A stretch of 64,000 bases of DNA from Candidatus Latescibacterota bacterium (GTDB lineage Bacteria; Latescibacterota; UBA2968; UBA8231). A program made the translations under genes and the position numbers. How positions within the stretch are numbered: position 1 is the stretch's first letter; each line of letters begins with the position of its first letter. Shown here one piece after another: positions 17,756 to 27,649 of the stretch. Location: assembly GCA_965243025.1 (NCBI GenBank), contig CBDETY010000003.1, positions 352,001 to 416,000 on the forward strand, given 5' to 3'. The notes beneath the pieces are model-generated. The model did not search any database. It worked only from the letters and a program-made list of their open reading frames with translations, and was not told the origin of the DNA.

Positions 17756-19519
17756 GGATGCCGTCCCCCGCCCTTCGATGACGGTCACCGCCTGGCCGCC
17801 GGCGACGTCGCGAAGGGTGTCGGCGCTCCCGCTCGGCCAGTGCACGACGAGCTGGTCGACCGCCGCGGCGGCCCCCAGTCCGAAGTGGGCGGCCAGCTCG
17901 CTCTGGGTCAGGTAGCTGGAGCCGGCCCTGATCTCCCGCACCTGCCGGCGCCGGCCGGTGCGGATCTCGACGCGGGCCCCGATGCCGTCGCGGTTGCTGG
18001 GGCCGCCGACGGTTCTCACCCGCAGCCAGCCTCCGGCGGCCGAGTCGTTGCGCAGCAGCGCCGCCTCCTCCCCGAGGTTCACGACCAGCAGGTCGAGGTC
18101 GCCGTCGCCGTCGTAATCCCCGCGGGCGCTGCCGCGTCCCACCCGGGCCCGCTGCAGGGCGGGTCCGGCCCGGTCCGAGACGTCGACGAAAGCGGTCGCC
18201 CCGTACTTCCCCGGTCCGGCGTTGCGAAGCAGCAGGTCGCGCTGGCGGTAGGTCGTCGACTGGTCGATCAGCTCGGCGTTGTCGAGCACGTGGCCGTTGG
18301 CGACGAACAGGTCGAGGCGGCCGTCGAGGTCGACGTCGAGGAAGTTCACCCCGAACCCGAGGAGCGGCAGCGACACCTCTCCGCTTCCCGAGGCGAAGCT
18401 CTCGTCGCGGAAGAAGCCGTTCCCTTCGTTTCTGAGCAGGGAGTTGGGCTCGCGCTGGAAGTTGGTCACCGCGAGGTCAGGCCTGCCGTCGTTGTCGTAG
18501 TCCCCCCAGTCGGTTCCCATGCCGGCCTCGGCGCGCCCGGTCTGCCCGTACGCGGCGCCGGCCAGCACCCCGACCTCGGCGAACCGACCCTGTTCGTTGT
18601 GGAACAGGAAGTTGCGGACGTTGTCGTTGGCGACGTAGAGGTCGGGCCAGCCGTCGAGGTCGTAGTCGGCGAAGGCGGCCCCCAGCCCCTTGCCCCCGGG
18701 CTGCAGCACCCCCGCGGTTTCGGTGACGTCGGCGAACCTGCCGCGGCCCTGGTTGCGGTAGAGGATGTCGGGCTGCGCCGGGTAGAAGGCCGGATGCGGA
18801 TAGCCGGAAACTTCTCCCTTGTACTCACCGGCAACCGCGACGTAGGGGGTGGCCTCCTCCACCGGGTTTTCCGGGTCGTAGTCGACGTAGTTGGCGACGT
18901 AGAGGTCGACGAGGCCGTCGCGGTCGTAATCCCCGAAGGCGCAGCCGGCGCTCCAGCGGCCGGCGCCGACCCCGGCCGCTTCGGTGACCCGGGAGAAGCG
19001 GTCGCCGCCGGCGTTCTCGAAAAGCGCGTTGGCCCCGTAGTTGGTGACGTACAGGTCCGGGTCGCCGTCGTTGTCGACGTCGGCGGCGCAGCAGCCCATG
19101 CCGACGCCGCGGTCGTCGACCCCGAGCCGCGCCCCGGTTTCCTCGAAGAAGCCGCTCTCCGTCTGCCGGAAGAAGGCGTTGGCAGGCGCCGCCCTGCCGT
19201 CGCTCCCGCCCTCCCGGGGAGCGACCGGCGCCCCCTGCACGAGGTAGACGTCGAGCCGGCCGTCGCCGTCGGCATCGAGGAAGGCCCCGCCCCCCTCGGC
19301 GGTCTCGGGGAAGTGCCGCTCGGGGGTGGCGGCGTTGTCGTGGCGGAAGCGGAGCCCGACCTCGGCGGCGACGTCGGTGAAACGGATCTCGCGCTCCGGT
19401 TCTGCGGCGGCCGGGGCGGCGGTCAGCAGGTGTGCGGCGGCGGCCCCGGCGACGGCTCCGGCAAAGGCGCCTTTTCGGGGGTGAGGGCCAGCGGTCCGGA
19501 GCATTCCCGGCCCCTTCAT
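17720..19519 (-). CDS. CRTAC1 family protein (FG-GAP/VCBS repeats plus ASPIC/UnbV domain)
   Basis: Repeated DxDxDGxxDLYVxN; SNRDGIGARV...GSSYLTQS..AHFGLG...WPSG; ATGA overlap with the TPR gene. Confidence 0.92.
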   Translation of the reverse strand: MKGPGMLRTAGPHPRKGAFAGAVAGAAAAHLLTAAPAAAEPEREIRFTDVAAEVGLRFRHDNAATPERHFPETAEGGGAFLDADGDGRLDVYLVQGAPVAPREGGSDGRAAPANAFFRQTESGFFEETGARLGVDDRGVGMGCCAADVDNDGDPDLYVTNYGANALFENAGGDRFSRVTEAAGVGAGRWSAGCAFGDYDRDGLVDLYVANYVDYDPENPVEEATPYVAVAGEYKGEVSGYPHPAFYPAQPDILYRNQGRGRFADVTETAGVLQPGGKGLGAAFADYDLDGWPDLYVANDNVRNFLFHNEQGRFAEVGVLAGAAYGQTGRAEAGMGTDWGDYDNDGRPDLAVTNFQREPNSLLRNEGNGFFRDESFASGSGEVSLPLLGFGVNFLDVDLDGRLDLFVANGHVLDNAELIDQSTTYRQRDLLLRNAGPGKYGATAFVDVSDRAGPALQRARVGRGSARGDYDGDGDLDLLVVNLGEEAALLRNDSAAGGWLRVRTVGGPSNRDGIGARVEIRTGRRRQVREIRAGSSYLTQSELAAHFGLGAAAAVDQLVVHWPSGSADTLRDVAGGQAVTVIEGRGTASSTQPHRLPGAH

Positions 19520-21045
19520 GGCCTTTCCCCCAGCTCTTCCAGGGCGGCGCGCGCCATGTCGGCGCCTTCCGGGTCTCCCCGCCAGTCGCGCAGGAAGAGG
19601 CGGTAGGAGGCGGCCGCGGCCGCCAGGGAATCGAGCTCGACGTAGAGGTTGCCGAGGGCGAGGCGGGCGCGCGTGTACGAGGAGTCGGCGGCCAGCGCCC
19701 CGAGATAGTGGCGCCGGGCGGCCGGCAGGTCGCCGGTGAGCTGGCTGACGTTCCCGAGGTTGAAGCGGCCTTCGGCGAACCCGGGGTCCGCCTCGACGGC
19801 GCGGGTGTAGGCAGCCTGTGAGGCCGCCAGGTCCCCCGAAACCGCGTGCACGTACCCGAGAAGGTTCCAGGCCCCGGCGAGCCCTGGATCCAGGTCGACG
19901 GCGCGCTCGAGGGCGCCGCGCGCTTCCGCATGGCGTTTCTCCGCGAGGTGGATGGACCCCAGGGTGTGGTACAGCTTCGAAGTCTCCGCCGCGCCCGGGT
20001 GCGCGGCCAGGCCGCGCTCGCACAGGGCCATCGCCCGGCCCCTGTCCCCGGTGCGCAGGTAGAGGCTGCTGAGCCGGATCAGGGTCTCGAGGTGGTCGGG
20101 AGCCAGGGCGAGGACGGCGTGCAGCTGGGTCCGCGCGCGCGCGAAATCCCCCATCCGGCCGTAGTGGAAGGCGAGCTCGAGGCGGGTTTCGATCTCGGCC
20201 CCGGACCCGGTCCCGCGCAGGCCCCCCCGCAGCTGCTCGGCGCGCCGGGAGTGCTCGCTGAGCCGGGTGAACCGGGCCATCGCCGCCTCCCCCTCCTCGC
20301 GGCGGCCGAGGGAGAGCAGGGCGCGGGCGAGGTTGTAGTGCGCGTCCGTCTGGCTCGAGTCGACGCGGACGGCTTCGGCGAGAGGGCCCAGGGCCTGCTG
20401 CGGGCGGTTCCAGTCGAGGTAGAGCTGGCCCAGCCTCAGCCAGGAGGCGGCCTCGTCCGGAGCCAGGCGCGCCGCTTCGAGAAGCAGCGGCTCGGCTTCC
20501 TCGTAGCGCCGCTGCAGGGTGCAGATCCTGCCGAGGCGCCGGCGCGCCTTCACCAGGCTGCTGTCGAGGCCAAGGGCGGAGCGGAGCGCCTCCTCGGCCA
20601 GGCCGTTCTCCCCGAGGCGGAGGTGGACCAGCGCCCTGGTCTGCAGCGCCGGCGCGTAGTCGGGCCGCAGCCCCAGGCAGTTCTCCAGGACCTCGAGCGC
20701 CTCGAGGTAGCGGTACTGCTCGGCGCGGACGACTCCGAGGTTGTGGCATGCCCGCGCGTACCCCGGGTCCGCGGCGAGCGCCCTTTCGTAGGCTTCGACG
20801 GCCTCGGGGAGCCGGCCGAGCCTGGCGTGCAGGTTGGCCAGCTCGGTCCAGGCCGGGGCGTAACCGGGGTCGGCCTCCAGGGCGCGCTCGAAGGCGGCGC
20901 CGGCCTCGCGGTAGCGCTCCCGGTCGAGCAGGGCGTTGCCTTGCCGGTAGGCCTCGTCCCTCGCCGCCGCGGTCTCTTCGCCGGGCGGGGCGGTGCAGGC
21001 AGCGAGGAGCGCGAGTGCGTGGATCAGGCAGGGGGCCGTTCTCAT
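19516..21045 (-). CDS. Tetratricopeptide repeat lipoprotein
   Basis: Lipobox LAAC followed by many TPR units (A..NLG...G...A...Y..AL..DP). Confidence 0.9.
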   Translation of the reverse strand: MRTAPCLIHALALLAACTAPPGEETAAARDEAYRQGNALLDRERYREAGAAFERALEADPGYAPAWTELANLHARLGRLPEAVEAYERALAADPGYARACHNLGVVRAEQYRYLEALEVLENCLGLRPDYAPALQTRALVHLRLGENGLAEEALRSALGLDSSLVKARRRLGRICTLQRRYEEAEPLLLEAARLAPDEAASWLRLGQLYLDWNRPQQALGPLAEAVRVDSSQTDAHYNLARALLSLGRREEGEAAMARFTRLSEHSRRAEQLRGGLRGTGSGAEIETRLELAFHYGRMGDFARARTQLHAVLALAPDHLETLIRLSSLYLRTGDRGRAMALCERGLAAHPGAAETSKLYHTLGSIHLAEKRHAEARGALERAVDLDPGLAGAWNLLGYVHAVSGDLAASQAAYTRAVEADPGFAEGRFNLGNVSQLTGDLPAARRHYLGALAADSSYTRARLALGNLYVELDSLAAAAASYRLFLRDWRGDPEGADMARAALEELGERP

Positions 21046-21049
21046 CGGT

Positions 21050-22999
21050 TCAGAAATTGTAGATCATGTTTCCCTCGAACCCGAAATGCCCGTCGAGGAA
21101 CACCCAGGCGCAGGCCGTGGTGAACTCCCCGAGGACGAGGCCGAGGAAGAAGGGCCGCAGCGAGCGGTAGAGGCCGACGCCTCCGTAGCGCAGCACCGCG
21201 CCCTTGACCAGCCAGGCGAGGAAGATGTTGAACCACAGGTAGTAGGTGATCTGGAAGGTGCTGGCCACGGGAAAGCCGATCGGGTGCAGGTTCCACCAGA
21301 TGAAGCGGTAGCGCAGGTAGAGGAGCACCGCCATGACGAAGGCCCCGAACCCGGTGAACCCCAGGCGCGGCAGGAAGGGCTCGGGAGCGTTGTAGACCGC
21401 GGCCATGTAGTTGAAGGGCCAGTGAGGGGCTCCCCAGTAGTACCAGCCGTGCAGGTTGATGCCGCCGTAGGTGTAGGCCATCCGCATCGTGAACCAGATC
21501 GATCCGGCGAGTCCGATGCAGACGGCAAGGGCGATCACGAGGGGGATGCCGCGGTAGCGCCGGTCCTGCCCCTCCTCGCTCGTCAGCCTGAGGGCGTGGA
21601 CCGCGGCGTTCATCATGTTCGCGGCGGTTTCCCCCATCCAGACGGTGCTCAACCCGAGGCCGGTCATGTTCTTCAGGCCGAGAACCTCCGGCCCGAACCC
21701 GCGGGTGATGAATGCCTGCGGCACCATCGGCGTCTGCACTCCGGGCAGGCCGGCCTCGGCCACGACCCGGGACAGCCCGATGAAGGCGCCGAGGGCGCCG
21801 AACACGAGGATCGCCGAAACGTAGAGCGACAGGCCGGTCAGGGTCAGCCAGGCGACCATGAACGCAACCCCCGACACCAGGAAGGCGAAGGCGAGGCGGG
21901 GAGGCAGCACCTCGCGCCGGCGGTCCGCGGGCTCGCCCGTCATGGCCTGGCGCCAGAGCCCGCGGACGTGCGGCAGCGCCGTCCAGACCAGGAACAGGAC
22001 GAAGACCATCATCGCCCCCGCCTGCTGGTAGGCGAGGATCATCGGGCCCGCACCCCCGGAGGTCCACACGTCTCCGGAGGCGATGCGAACGCCTGCGTAC
22101 GCCATCGCGATGCGCTCGCCTTGGCAGAAGAGGAAGAAGAACCAGATGCTGAAGGCGACGTTCAGCGGCATCAGGTAGGCGAGGCCAAGGGCGGGGAAAT
22201 TGAGGCGGATCGGAATCGACAGCACGTCCCGGGACACGGTGTAACGGTCCCCGAGGGAGACCTGCTGGAAGAGGTCGCTGTAGTTGCCGAGGGAGTTCCA
22301 CGAGTGCAGGAGCAGCGGCACGGCGAATCCCAGCCACAGGAGGCGGCTCCGGAACAGGCGGCCCGGAAGGGTGCGGCCGCCGTCCTCGTCCTCGACCATC
22401 GCCAGGGGCAGCCGGGTCAGGGGGTACACGAGGCGCTCGTTCTCGACCCACTGACCCCGGAGCAGCACAGCGAGGCAGAAGAGGACGCCGTAGAACACGA
22501 GCAGGAAGCCGATCCAGGCGGCCAGCGGCCTGGTCCAGGCCTCCCAGGGAATCCCCATGCCGCGGGGAAGCCCCTCGTAGAACAGTCGCACCGCCTCCCT
22601 GTCTCCGGGCGAGAGCCAGGGGTCGAGGTGGGGCCCGAACAGGTTTTCCCAGTTGTTCTCGGGAGTGGCGTAGTACACGGCGCCGCTGATCACCGAGAGG
22701 AAGGAGCCGGTCAGCCCGGTGGTGACGACGACCGAGCCGGCGAGCATCATGACGTACACGGTGACAAGTTCGGCGCGGCCGAAGGCGAGGCGGCGGGAAA
22801 GCAGGCGCAGCAGCGGCTGCGCCAGGGCGGCGACGGCGAACAGCAGGAACACGGCGATGACGGGGATGGCGTTGCTGGTCAGCTGCGAGCCCTTGACGGC
22901 GAGGATCGCCCAGGGGCTGACGACGCTGATGGCGGCGACCAGGGCCGCTCCCGCGAGCACGGCGCGCAGGGTGACGCCGCGCGCGGGTTCCGGGGTCAT
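21050..22999 (-). CDS. DUF6785/DUF6784-type polytopic membrane protein (putative transporter), 649 aa
   Basis: GVTLRAVLAG...AELVTVYVM...YYATPENNW...QWVENERLVYPL...HPIGF...RPFFLGLVLGEF; ATGA overlap. Confidence 0.85.
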   Translation of the reverse strand: MTPEPARGVTLRAVLAGAALVAAISVVSPWAILAVKGSQLTSNAIPVIAVFLLFAVAALAQPLLRLLSRRLAFGRAELVTVYVMMLAGSVVVTTGLTGSFLSVISGAVYYATPENNWENLFGPHLDPWLSPGDREAVRLFYEGLPRGMGIPWEAWTRPLAAWIGFLLVFYGVLFCLAVLLRGQWVENERLVYPLTRLPLAMVEDEDGGRTLPGRLFRSRLLWLGFAVPLLLHSWNSLGNYSDLFQQVSLGDRYTVSRDVLSIPIRLNFPALGLAYLMPLNVAFSIWFFFLFCQGERIAMAYAGVRIASGDVWTSGGAGPMILAYQQAGAMMVFVLFLVWTALPHVRGLWRQAMTGEPADRRREVLPPRLAFAFLVSGVAFMVAWLTLTGLSLYVSAILVFGALGAFIGLSRVVAEAGLPGVQTPMVPQAFITRGFGPEVLGLKNMTGLGLSTVWMGETAANMMNAAVHALRLTSEEGQDRRYRGIPLVIALAVCIGLAGSIWFTMRMAYTYGGINLHGWYYWGAPHWPFNYMAAVYNAPEPFLPRLGFTGFGAFVMAVLLYLRYRFIWWNLHPIGFPVASTFQITYYLWFNIFLAWLVKGAVLRYGGVGLYRSLRPFFLGLVLGEFTTACAWVFLDGHFGFEGNMIYNF

Positions 23000-24078
23000 C
23001 GGGGCAGGTGGTTGCGGAGGGCCTTGAGATCGTTGTCGGTGACGCCGGCCGGCACCTCGACGGCCCTGCCCTCGCCGGAGGGATGCAGGAAGAACCCGGT
23101 GTCCCGGTCCAGGGTGATCTGGTGGCCGACCCTGGCGGACTTGAGAGCGGCGAAGATCGCCCACATTGCCGGCAGGGCCTTGTCGAGGCGGCACTCGTGG
23201 GGCCTGTCGTCGTCGTCGAGCCAGGCGGCGACGGCCGCGGTGAAGTCGCGCTGGCCGGCGTGGATCTGGGCGTACAGGTCGGTCGGCGCCGCGAAGACCT
23301 CGGCCTCGCCGCGCACCTGGTACCCCCAGGTGCCGGCCTGCTGGGTCCAGGCGACCCCGTTGGAGCAGAAGATGTCGAGGTCGAGGTGCATCCAGTATTC
23401 GGCGCCGCCGCGGTTGCCCAGGCCCCGGGGAGTGCACTCCCAGAACACCCGCCGGTTGCCGGGAAACCAGTAGGTCGCCTGCACGTGGCTCGGGGCCGGG
23501 TGGCTCCACTCGTACCCCTCCAGCCCTTCGGCGCAGGCCCAGACCGCCTCGGGCAAGGGGTCGTCGAGGACCATCATCACCAGGCTCATCAGGTGCGGCC
23601 CCATAGCCATGGCGCCGCCCCAGGTGCTGGCGCGCACGAAGTCGACCTCGCCGAGTCGGCCCGAACGCACGAGGTCGCGGACCGCGATATACTGGGGGAA
23701 GAACCGCAGCTGGGTGTTGACGACGATTCGGCAGCCGGTGCGCGCGCTCACCTCGGCGATCTCGAGGGTCTCCATCGGCCACAGGGACAGCGGCTTTTCG
23801 ACGATGACGGCCTTCACCCCGGATTCGGCGGCGGCGCGGATGCCGGCGAGGCGGTAGTCGGGCTGGGTCACTATGTGGAGCACGTCGGGCCGCTCCGCCT
23901 CCAGCATCCTCCCCAGGTCTCCGTAGCGCCCCGGAACGCCGTGCTTGTCGGCGTACTCCCTGCACTTGTCCCCGTCGAGGTCGCAGCAGGCGACGAGGCC
24001 CATGGAATCGATCCCGGGGTAGACGGAGGCGTGCTGGTGGGAGTGGGAGCCGCACCCGAGAATGGCGGACCGGTACAT
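22996..24078 (-). CDS. Gfo/Idh/MocA family oxidoreductase
   Basis: MYRSAILGCG, VACCD, PDVLHIVT, VEKPL. Confidence 0.9.
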   Translation of the reverse strand: MYRSAILGCGSHSHQHASVYPGIDSMGLVACCDLDGDKCREYADKHGVPGRYGDLGRMLEAERPDVLHIVTQPDYRLAGIRAAAESGVKAVIVEKPLSLWPMETLEIAEVSARTGCRIVVNTQLRFFPQYIAVRDLVRSGRLGEVDFVRASTWGGAMAMGPHLMSLVMMVLDDPLPEAVWACAEGLEGYEWSHPAPSHVQATYWFPGNRRVFWECTPRGLGNRGGAEYWMHLDLDIFCSNGVAWTQQAGTWGYQVRGEAEVFAAPTDLYAQIHAGQRDFTAAVAAWLDDDDRPHECRLDKALPAMWAIFAALKSARVGHQITLDRDTGFFLHPSGEGRAVEVPAGVTDNDLKALRNHLPR

Positions 24079-24343
24079 GGCGGTTTTTCTATCGTGGGTC
24101 CTGGCAGGCGATGCGGTTTTTGGCAAACAGGGGGCGCGGCGCCGGCAAGTGGTTGCGGCCTTTGCCGCAGGGTATGCTCCGGGCAGGAATATAGGTTTGC
24201 CCCGGCCGCCTGACAGTCCTTCTACGACCCGGGGCGGCGGCGATGAAACCACCGAGGACTCCCTCGGGCCGGCTGGCGGGGCCGCGAAGACGGGACGAGG
24301 ACTGCGAGACACGACGGACGGGAGACAGGCCGGGAAGGGGAAA

Positions 24344-24372
24344 TTGTGCCGTTACCCCATGTGGGGTACCTT
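24344..24372 (+). promoter_or_regulatory. Putative sigma70 promoter with a palindromic operator in the spacer
   Basis: TTGTGC-17 nt-TACCTT; TACCCCA-tg-TGGGGTA at 24353-24368. Confidence 0.5.
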
Positions 24373-24459
24373 GCCCGCCGGAACCCGCGAAACCTCGAGG
24401 TTCCGCTTCGCAGTCCCCCCCACCGAACGCCCCCCAAAAACCGTGATGGAGAGAGCGTC

Positions 24460-25611
24460 ATGAGCTGGGAAGTGGTCGATCGCGTGACGATATACCACGA
24501 GACCGGGATGTACGCCCTCTGCCCCAACGTGGTGCGCACGCCGTCGGGAGACCTGATGGTCTTCTTCCAGAGGGCGCCGCACCTGGGTTATCCGCACCAC
24601 GGCCATCCCCTGTTCAACGTGCAGGCATGCCGTTCCCGGGACGAGGGACGGACGTGGAGCGAGGCGGCCCTGGTGACCTCCGATCCGTTCGGGGGAATCA
24701 TCGACCGCGGCGTTCACACCCTTTCGGACGGGAGCATCTTCATGCACTGCTCCTGCACCGAGCTGGTGCCCGCGGAAGGGTCGGAGCAGCCGGGGGGGCA
24801 CGGGACCGAATGGATCTCGCGGCCGGGAAAGCCCTTCTGGGTGCGGTCGCGGGACGACGGCCACACCTGGAGCGCGCCCAAACGTTTCCCGCCCGTTCCC
24901 GACGCGGTCTGGGGCCACCCGGCCGACCACTCGGGGGTCTGCAGGAGCGGCCTGATCGAGATGCCGGACGGGCGTCTGCTCGTTCCCAGCAAGGCGACCG
25001 ACCGCCCCGACGGCTCCATGCCCTGCTTCGGCATGATGAGAGTCTCCCGGGACATGGGGGAGACGTGGGAGTACGGAGGGAGGATCGCCGAGGACCCGGT
25101 CGCCCACTTCAGCGAGCCGGCCATACACCGCACTCCCGGCGGCCGCATCCTCGTGATATTCCGCTGTCACGCCAATCGGCCGCAGGACGAGAGCATTCCC
25201 CTGAGGGACCGACAGTACAACAGCCGCTTTCAGGCCCTGGTCACCTCCGATGACGGCGGCGAGACCTGGTCGCCGTGGCGGCGCTCGGTTCACGGGTACC
25301 CCGCCCACATGCTCGGGCTCAGGGACGGGCGCATCTTCCTCACCGTCGGCACCCGCTGGGACGGACAGTCCGGCTGTCTCGCCAGGATTCTCAACCCGGA
25401 GGGCAGCGAGCTGGAGACCGCGCCGATCCACGAAACCGCCCCGGACCTGGAGACCACGCCGGATGTGATCGTCCGGAGCGACTCGTTCACTCATGACTGC
25501 GGCTACCCCTGGTCGGTGGAGCTCGAAGACGGCCGCGTCCTGGTGGTCTACTGGCATCACTACCCCGACAACCACAGGGGCATCGAGGGGGCCGTCGTTG
25601 CCGAGCGTTGA
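24460..25611 (+). CDS. Sialidase-like BNR/Asp-box beta-propeller protein
   Basis: Four Asp boxes (SRDEGRTWS, SRDDGHTWS, SRDMGETWE, SDDGGETWS), FSEP, DCGYPWSVEL.DG.VLVVY. Confidence 0.88.
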   Translation: MSWEVVDRVTIYHETGMYALCPNVVRTPSGDLMVFFQRAPHLGYPHHGHPLFNVQACRSRDEGRTWSEAALVTSDPFGGIIDRGVHTLSDGSIFMHCSCTELVPAEGSEQPGGHGTEWISRPGKPFWVRSRDDGHTWSAPKRFPPVPDAVWGHPADHSGVCRSGLIEMPDGRLLVPSKATDRPDGSMPCFGMMRVSRDMGETWEYGGRIAEDPVAHFSEPAIHRTPGGRILVIFRCHANRPQDESIPLRDRQYNSRFQALVTSDDGGETWSPWRRSVHGYPAHMLGLRDGRIFLTVGTRWDGQSGCLARILNPEGSELETAPIHETAPDLETTPDVIVRSDSFTHDCGYPWSVELEDGRVLVVYWHHYPDNHRGIEGAVVAER

Positions 25612-25638
25612 GCGGCCTTCGAGGCAAGGAGAATCCCC

Positions 25639-26979
25639 ATGCTGTTTTTCACGCCCCACAAGCGAGTCTGGCCGCTGGCCCTGTGTCTGGGCCTGTCGGG
25701 CTGCGCCGGCAGCTCCCCGATGACGACTGCGAACCAGTCGAAGGCCGGCGCCTGGGAGATCGGAACTCCCATCGTCGCCTACTACCACGGACCCGGAGGC
25801 GGCGGGGGAAGGTGGGGTCCGTTGACCGACGGGATGGCGAGGAAGCTGGTCGACGGGGGGTTCAACGTGGCCTGGGGTAGCTCCGTCGAAGATCTCGACG
25901 TCGCCCATGACCACGGGTTGCGGGTGGACCTGATCGCCTGGGACCTGAGAGAGCCGGAAAACCTCGACGACCCGGAAGGCAGAGCGCGGATCGACTCGGT
26001 CATCGACAGGGTCAAGGACCATCCCGCCCTGTACTCCTACGCGATCACCGACGAGCCCAGCGCCGTAAGGTTTCCGGAGTTCGCGAGGCTCGTCGACTAC
26101 ATACGCCAGCGCGACCCCGCCCACCTGGCGCACATCAACCTGTTTCCCACCTACGCCAGCGCCGCCGCGCTCGGCACCTCGGGCGGCACCGTCGAGGCCT
26201 ATCGTGAGCACCTGCGCCAGTACGTCGATATCGTCAAGCCCGACCTGATCAGCTACGACCACTACAACCTCTACAAGACCAACGACGGCAATCAGTATTT
26301 CATGAACCTCGCCCTCGTGCGCGAGGCGGCGCTGTACGGGGGCATTCCCTTCATCAACGTCATACAGGCGGTTTCTCTGGGGGAGTCCCACCGCATACCC
26401 GACGGCGACGAGAGCAGGTACCTGGCCTATACCACGCTGGCCTACGGCGGCCAGGGCATTTCGCATTTCGTGTACTGGCCCTACGCGGAATTCCATGGAG
26501 GCATTTCCGGATTCGAAGACACGGAGTGGGATGCGGAGCGCGCCGCAGCAGACGCGGCCGCCCCGCTGACCCCTTTGGGAGAGGCGGTGCGGCGGATTCA
26601 TCCGGAGTTCGTCGCCGTCGCCGAGCAGCTGCAGCCGCTGACTTCGCTGGCCGTGTATCACTCCGGGCAAGCCCCCGCGGGAGGGATGGTGGAGGAGCTG
26701 CCCGCCGGCTCCCGGTTTACCGTGGATCGCCCGTTTGATCCGGAAACCGAGAAGGGAGTGCTCTGGGGCTTCTTCGGGTCCGGCGGCGAGACCACCCACG
26801 TCCTGGTAGTGAACCTCGACCACGGCAGGGAGGTCGCGACCACGGTAGTCGGCCCCGCAGCCATGGAGGAGTTCGACGCCGGGGCGCGCCAGTGGCGCCC
26901 GGCCGCGGGCGGCTCGCGCTCGCAGCTGGACCTGGTTGCGGGCGGCGGCAGGCTCCTGCGCTTGCAGGATGGCCCCTGA
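25639..26979 (+). CDS. Lipoprotein with glycoside-hydrolase-like (TIM barrel) domain
   Basis: Lipobox LSGC; ITDEP, SYDHY, YTTLAYGGQGISHFVYW. Confidence 0.7.
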   Translation: MLFFTPHKRVWPLALCLGLSGCAGSSPMTTANQSKAGAWEIGTPIVAYYHGPGGGGGRWGPLTDGMARKLVDGGFNVAWGSSVEDLDVAHDHGLRVDLIAWDLREPENLDDPEGRARIDSVIDRVKDHPALYSYAITDEPSAVRFPEFARLVDYIRQRDPAHLAHINLFPTYASAAALGTSGGTVEAYREHLRQYVDIVKPDLISYDHYNLYKTNDGNQYFMNLALVREAALYGGIPFINVIQAVSLGESHRIPDGDESRYLAYTTLAYGGQGISHFVYWPYAEFHGGISGFEDTEWDAERAAADAAAPLTPLGEAVRRIHPEFVAVAEQLQPLTSLAVYHSGQAPAGGMVEELPAGSRFTVDRPFDPETEKGVLWGFFGSGGETTHVLVVNLDHGREVATTVVGPAAMEEFDAGARQWRPAAGGSRSQLDLVAGGGRLLRLQDGP

Positions 26980-27129
26980 GCCCGGAACCGGAGGGAAGCT
27001 TGAGGACAAACGGGTGCCCTGGCCGGCAGGCCCGGCCGCGCCGCTGCAAGTCACGCACGAACCCGCAGGCGACGATGGCAAACCGGCGGGAAAGCGACCC
27101 CCGACTCTGACAAGGATCCAAGGAGGCAC

Positions 27130-27648
27130 ATGCTGAAGATTACCAAGGTCAAGGTCGAGGAGCTCACGCGGGAATCCTTCGCGCCTTTCGGAAAAGCGAT
27201 CGCCGCCTTCGACGAGGCGAGGCCGGAAGTGCGCGTTGGCGCCATCGTGGAGAACGCTTACGAAGTCACCGGAGACATCCCCGATCCGGTGCCGGAGAAG
27301 CTGTCGCTGAACGAGGGTCGCCTGCGGGCCCACTTCGCATGCCACGACGACGCCGGACAGTCCTTCTACCCGAGCCGGCACTGCCCCTCCGTGTTCTGGG
27401 TTGCGCCGGTACAGCCGATGATCGAGCCGGAAGATCTGCGGGCTTTCTATACCGATGGAAGTCTCGGCGTCTGCATGGACCTGGGAATATGGCATACCAT
27501 GCCGGTCTGCCTGAGAGGGGACGAACTCTACCTGACCGCCCGCGGCAATCAGGACTACCACGCCCACTCGATCGACGTGCACTTCGACGAAGACCGGGGA
27601 CTGGCCCTCGAGCCGGACATGGACAGTTTCCCCGGGTGGAACGGCTGA
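27130..27648 (+). CDS. Ureidoglycolate lyase (AllA)-like cupin
   Basis: LTRESFAPFG, H...GQSFYP, LRAFYTDG..GV...GIWHTMP; SD AGGAGG. Confidence 0.78.
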   Translation: MLKITKVKVEELTRESFAPFGKAIAAFDEARPEVRVGAIVENAYEVTGDIPDPVPEKLSLNEGRLRAHFACHDDAGQSFYPSRHCPSVFWVAPVQPMIEPEDLRAFYTDGSLGVCMDLGIWHTMPVCLRGDELYLTARGNQDYHAHSIDVHFDEDRGLALEPDMDSFPGWNG

Positions 27649-27649
27649 C

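Noticed and set aside
17720-24055. 1009-aa and 1001-aa ORFs suggesting fusions
   Set aside because: Same artefact; the real starts are the ATGA overlaps at 19519 and 22999.
25408-25465. Short tandem ETAP/ETAP/ETTP repeat in the sialidase
   Set aside because: A small in-frame local duplication in a probable loop; nothing suggests function.
27049-27112. GTCACGCAC...GGCAAACC...GAAA resembling a c-di-GMP-I riboswitch
   Set aside because: The stem around GAAA does not pair, and the conserved GACGCAAAG segment and second hairpin are missing.
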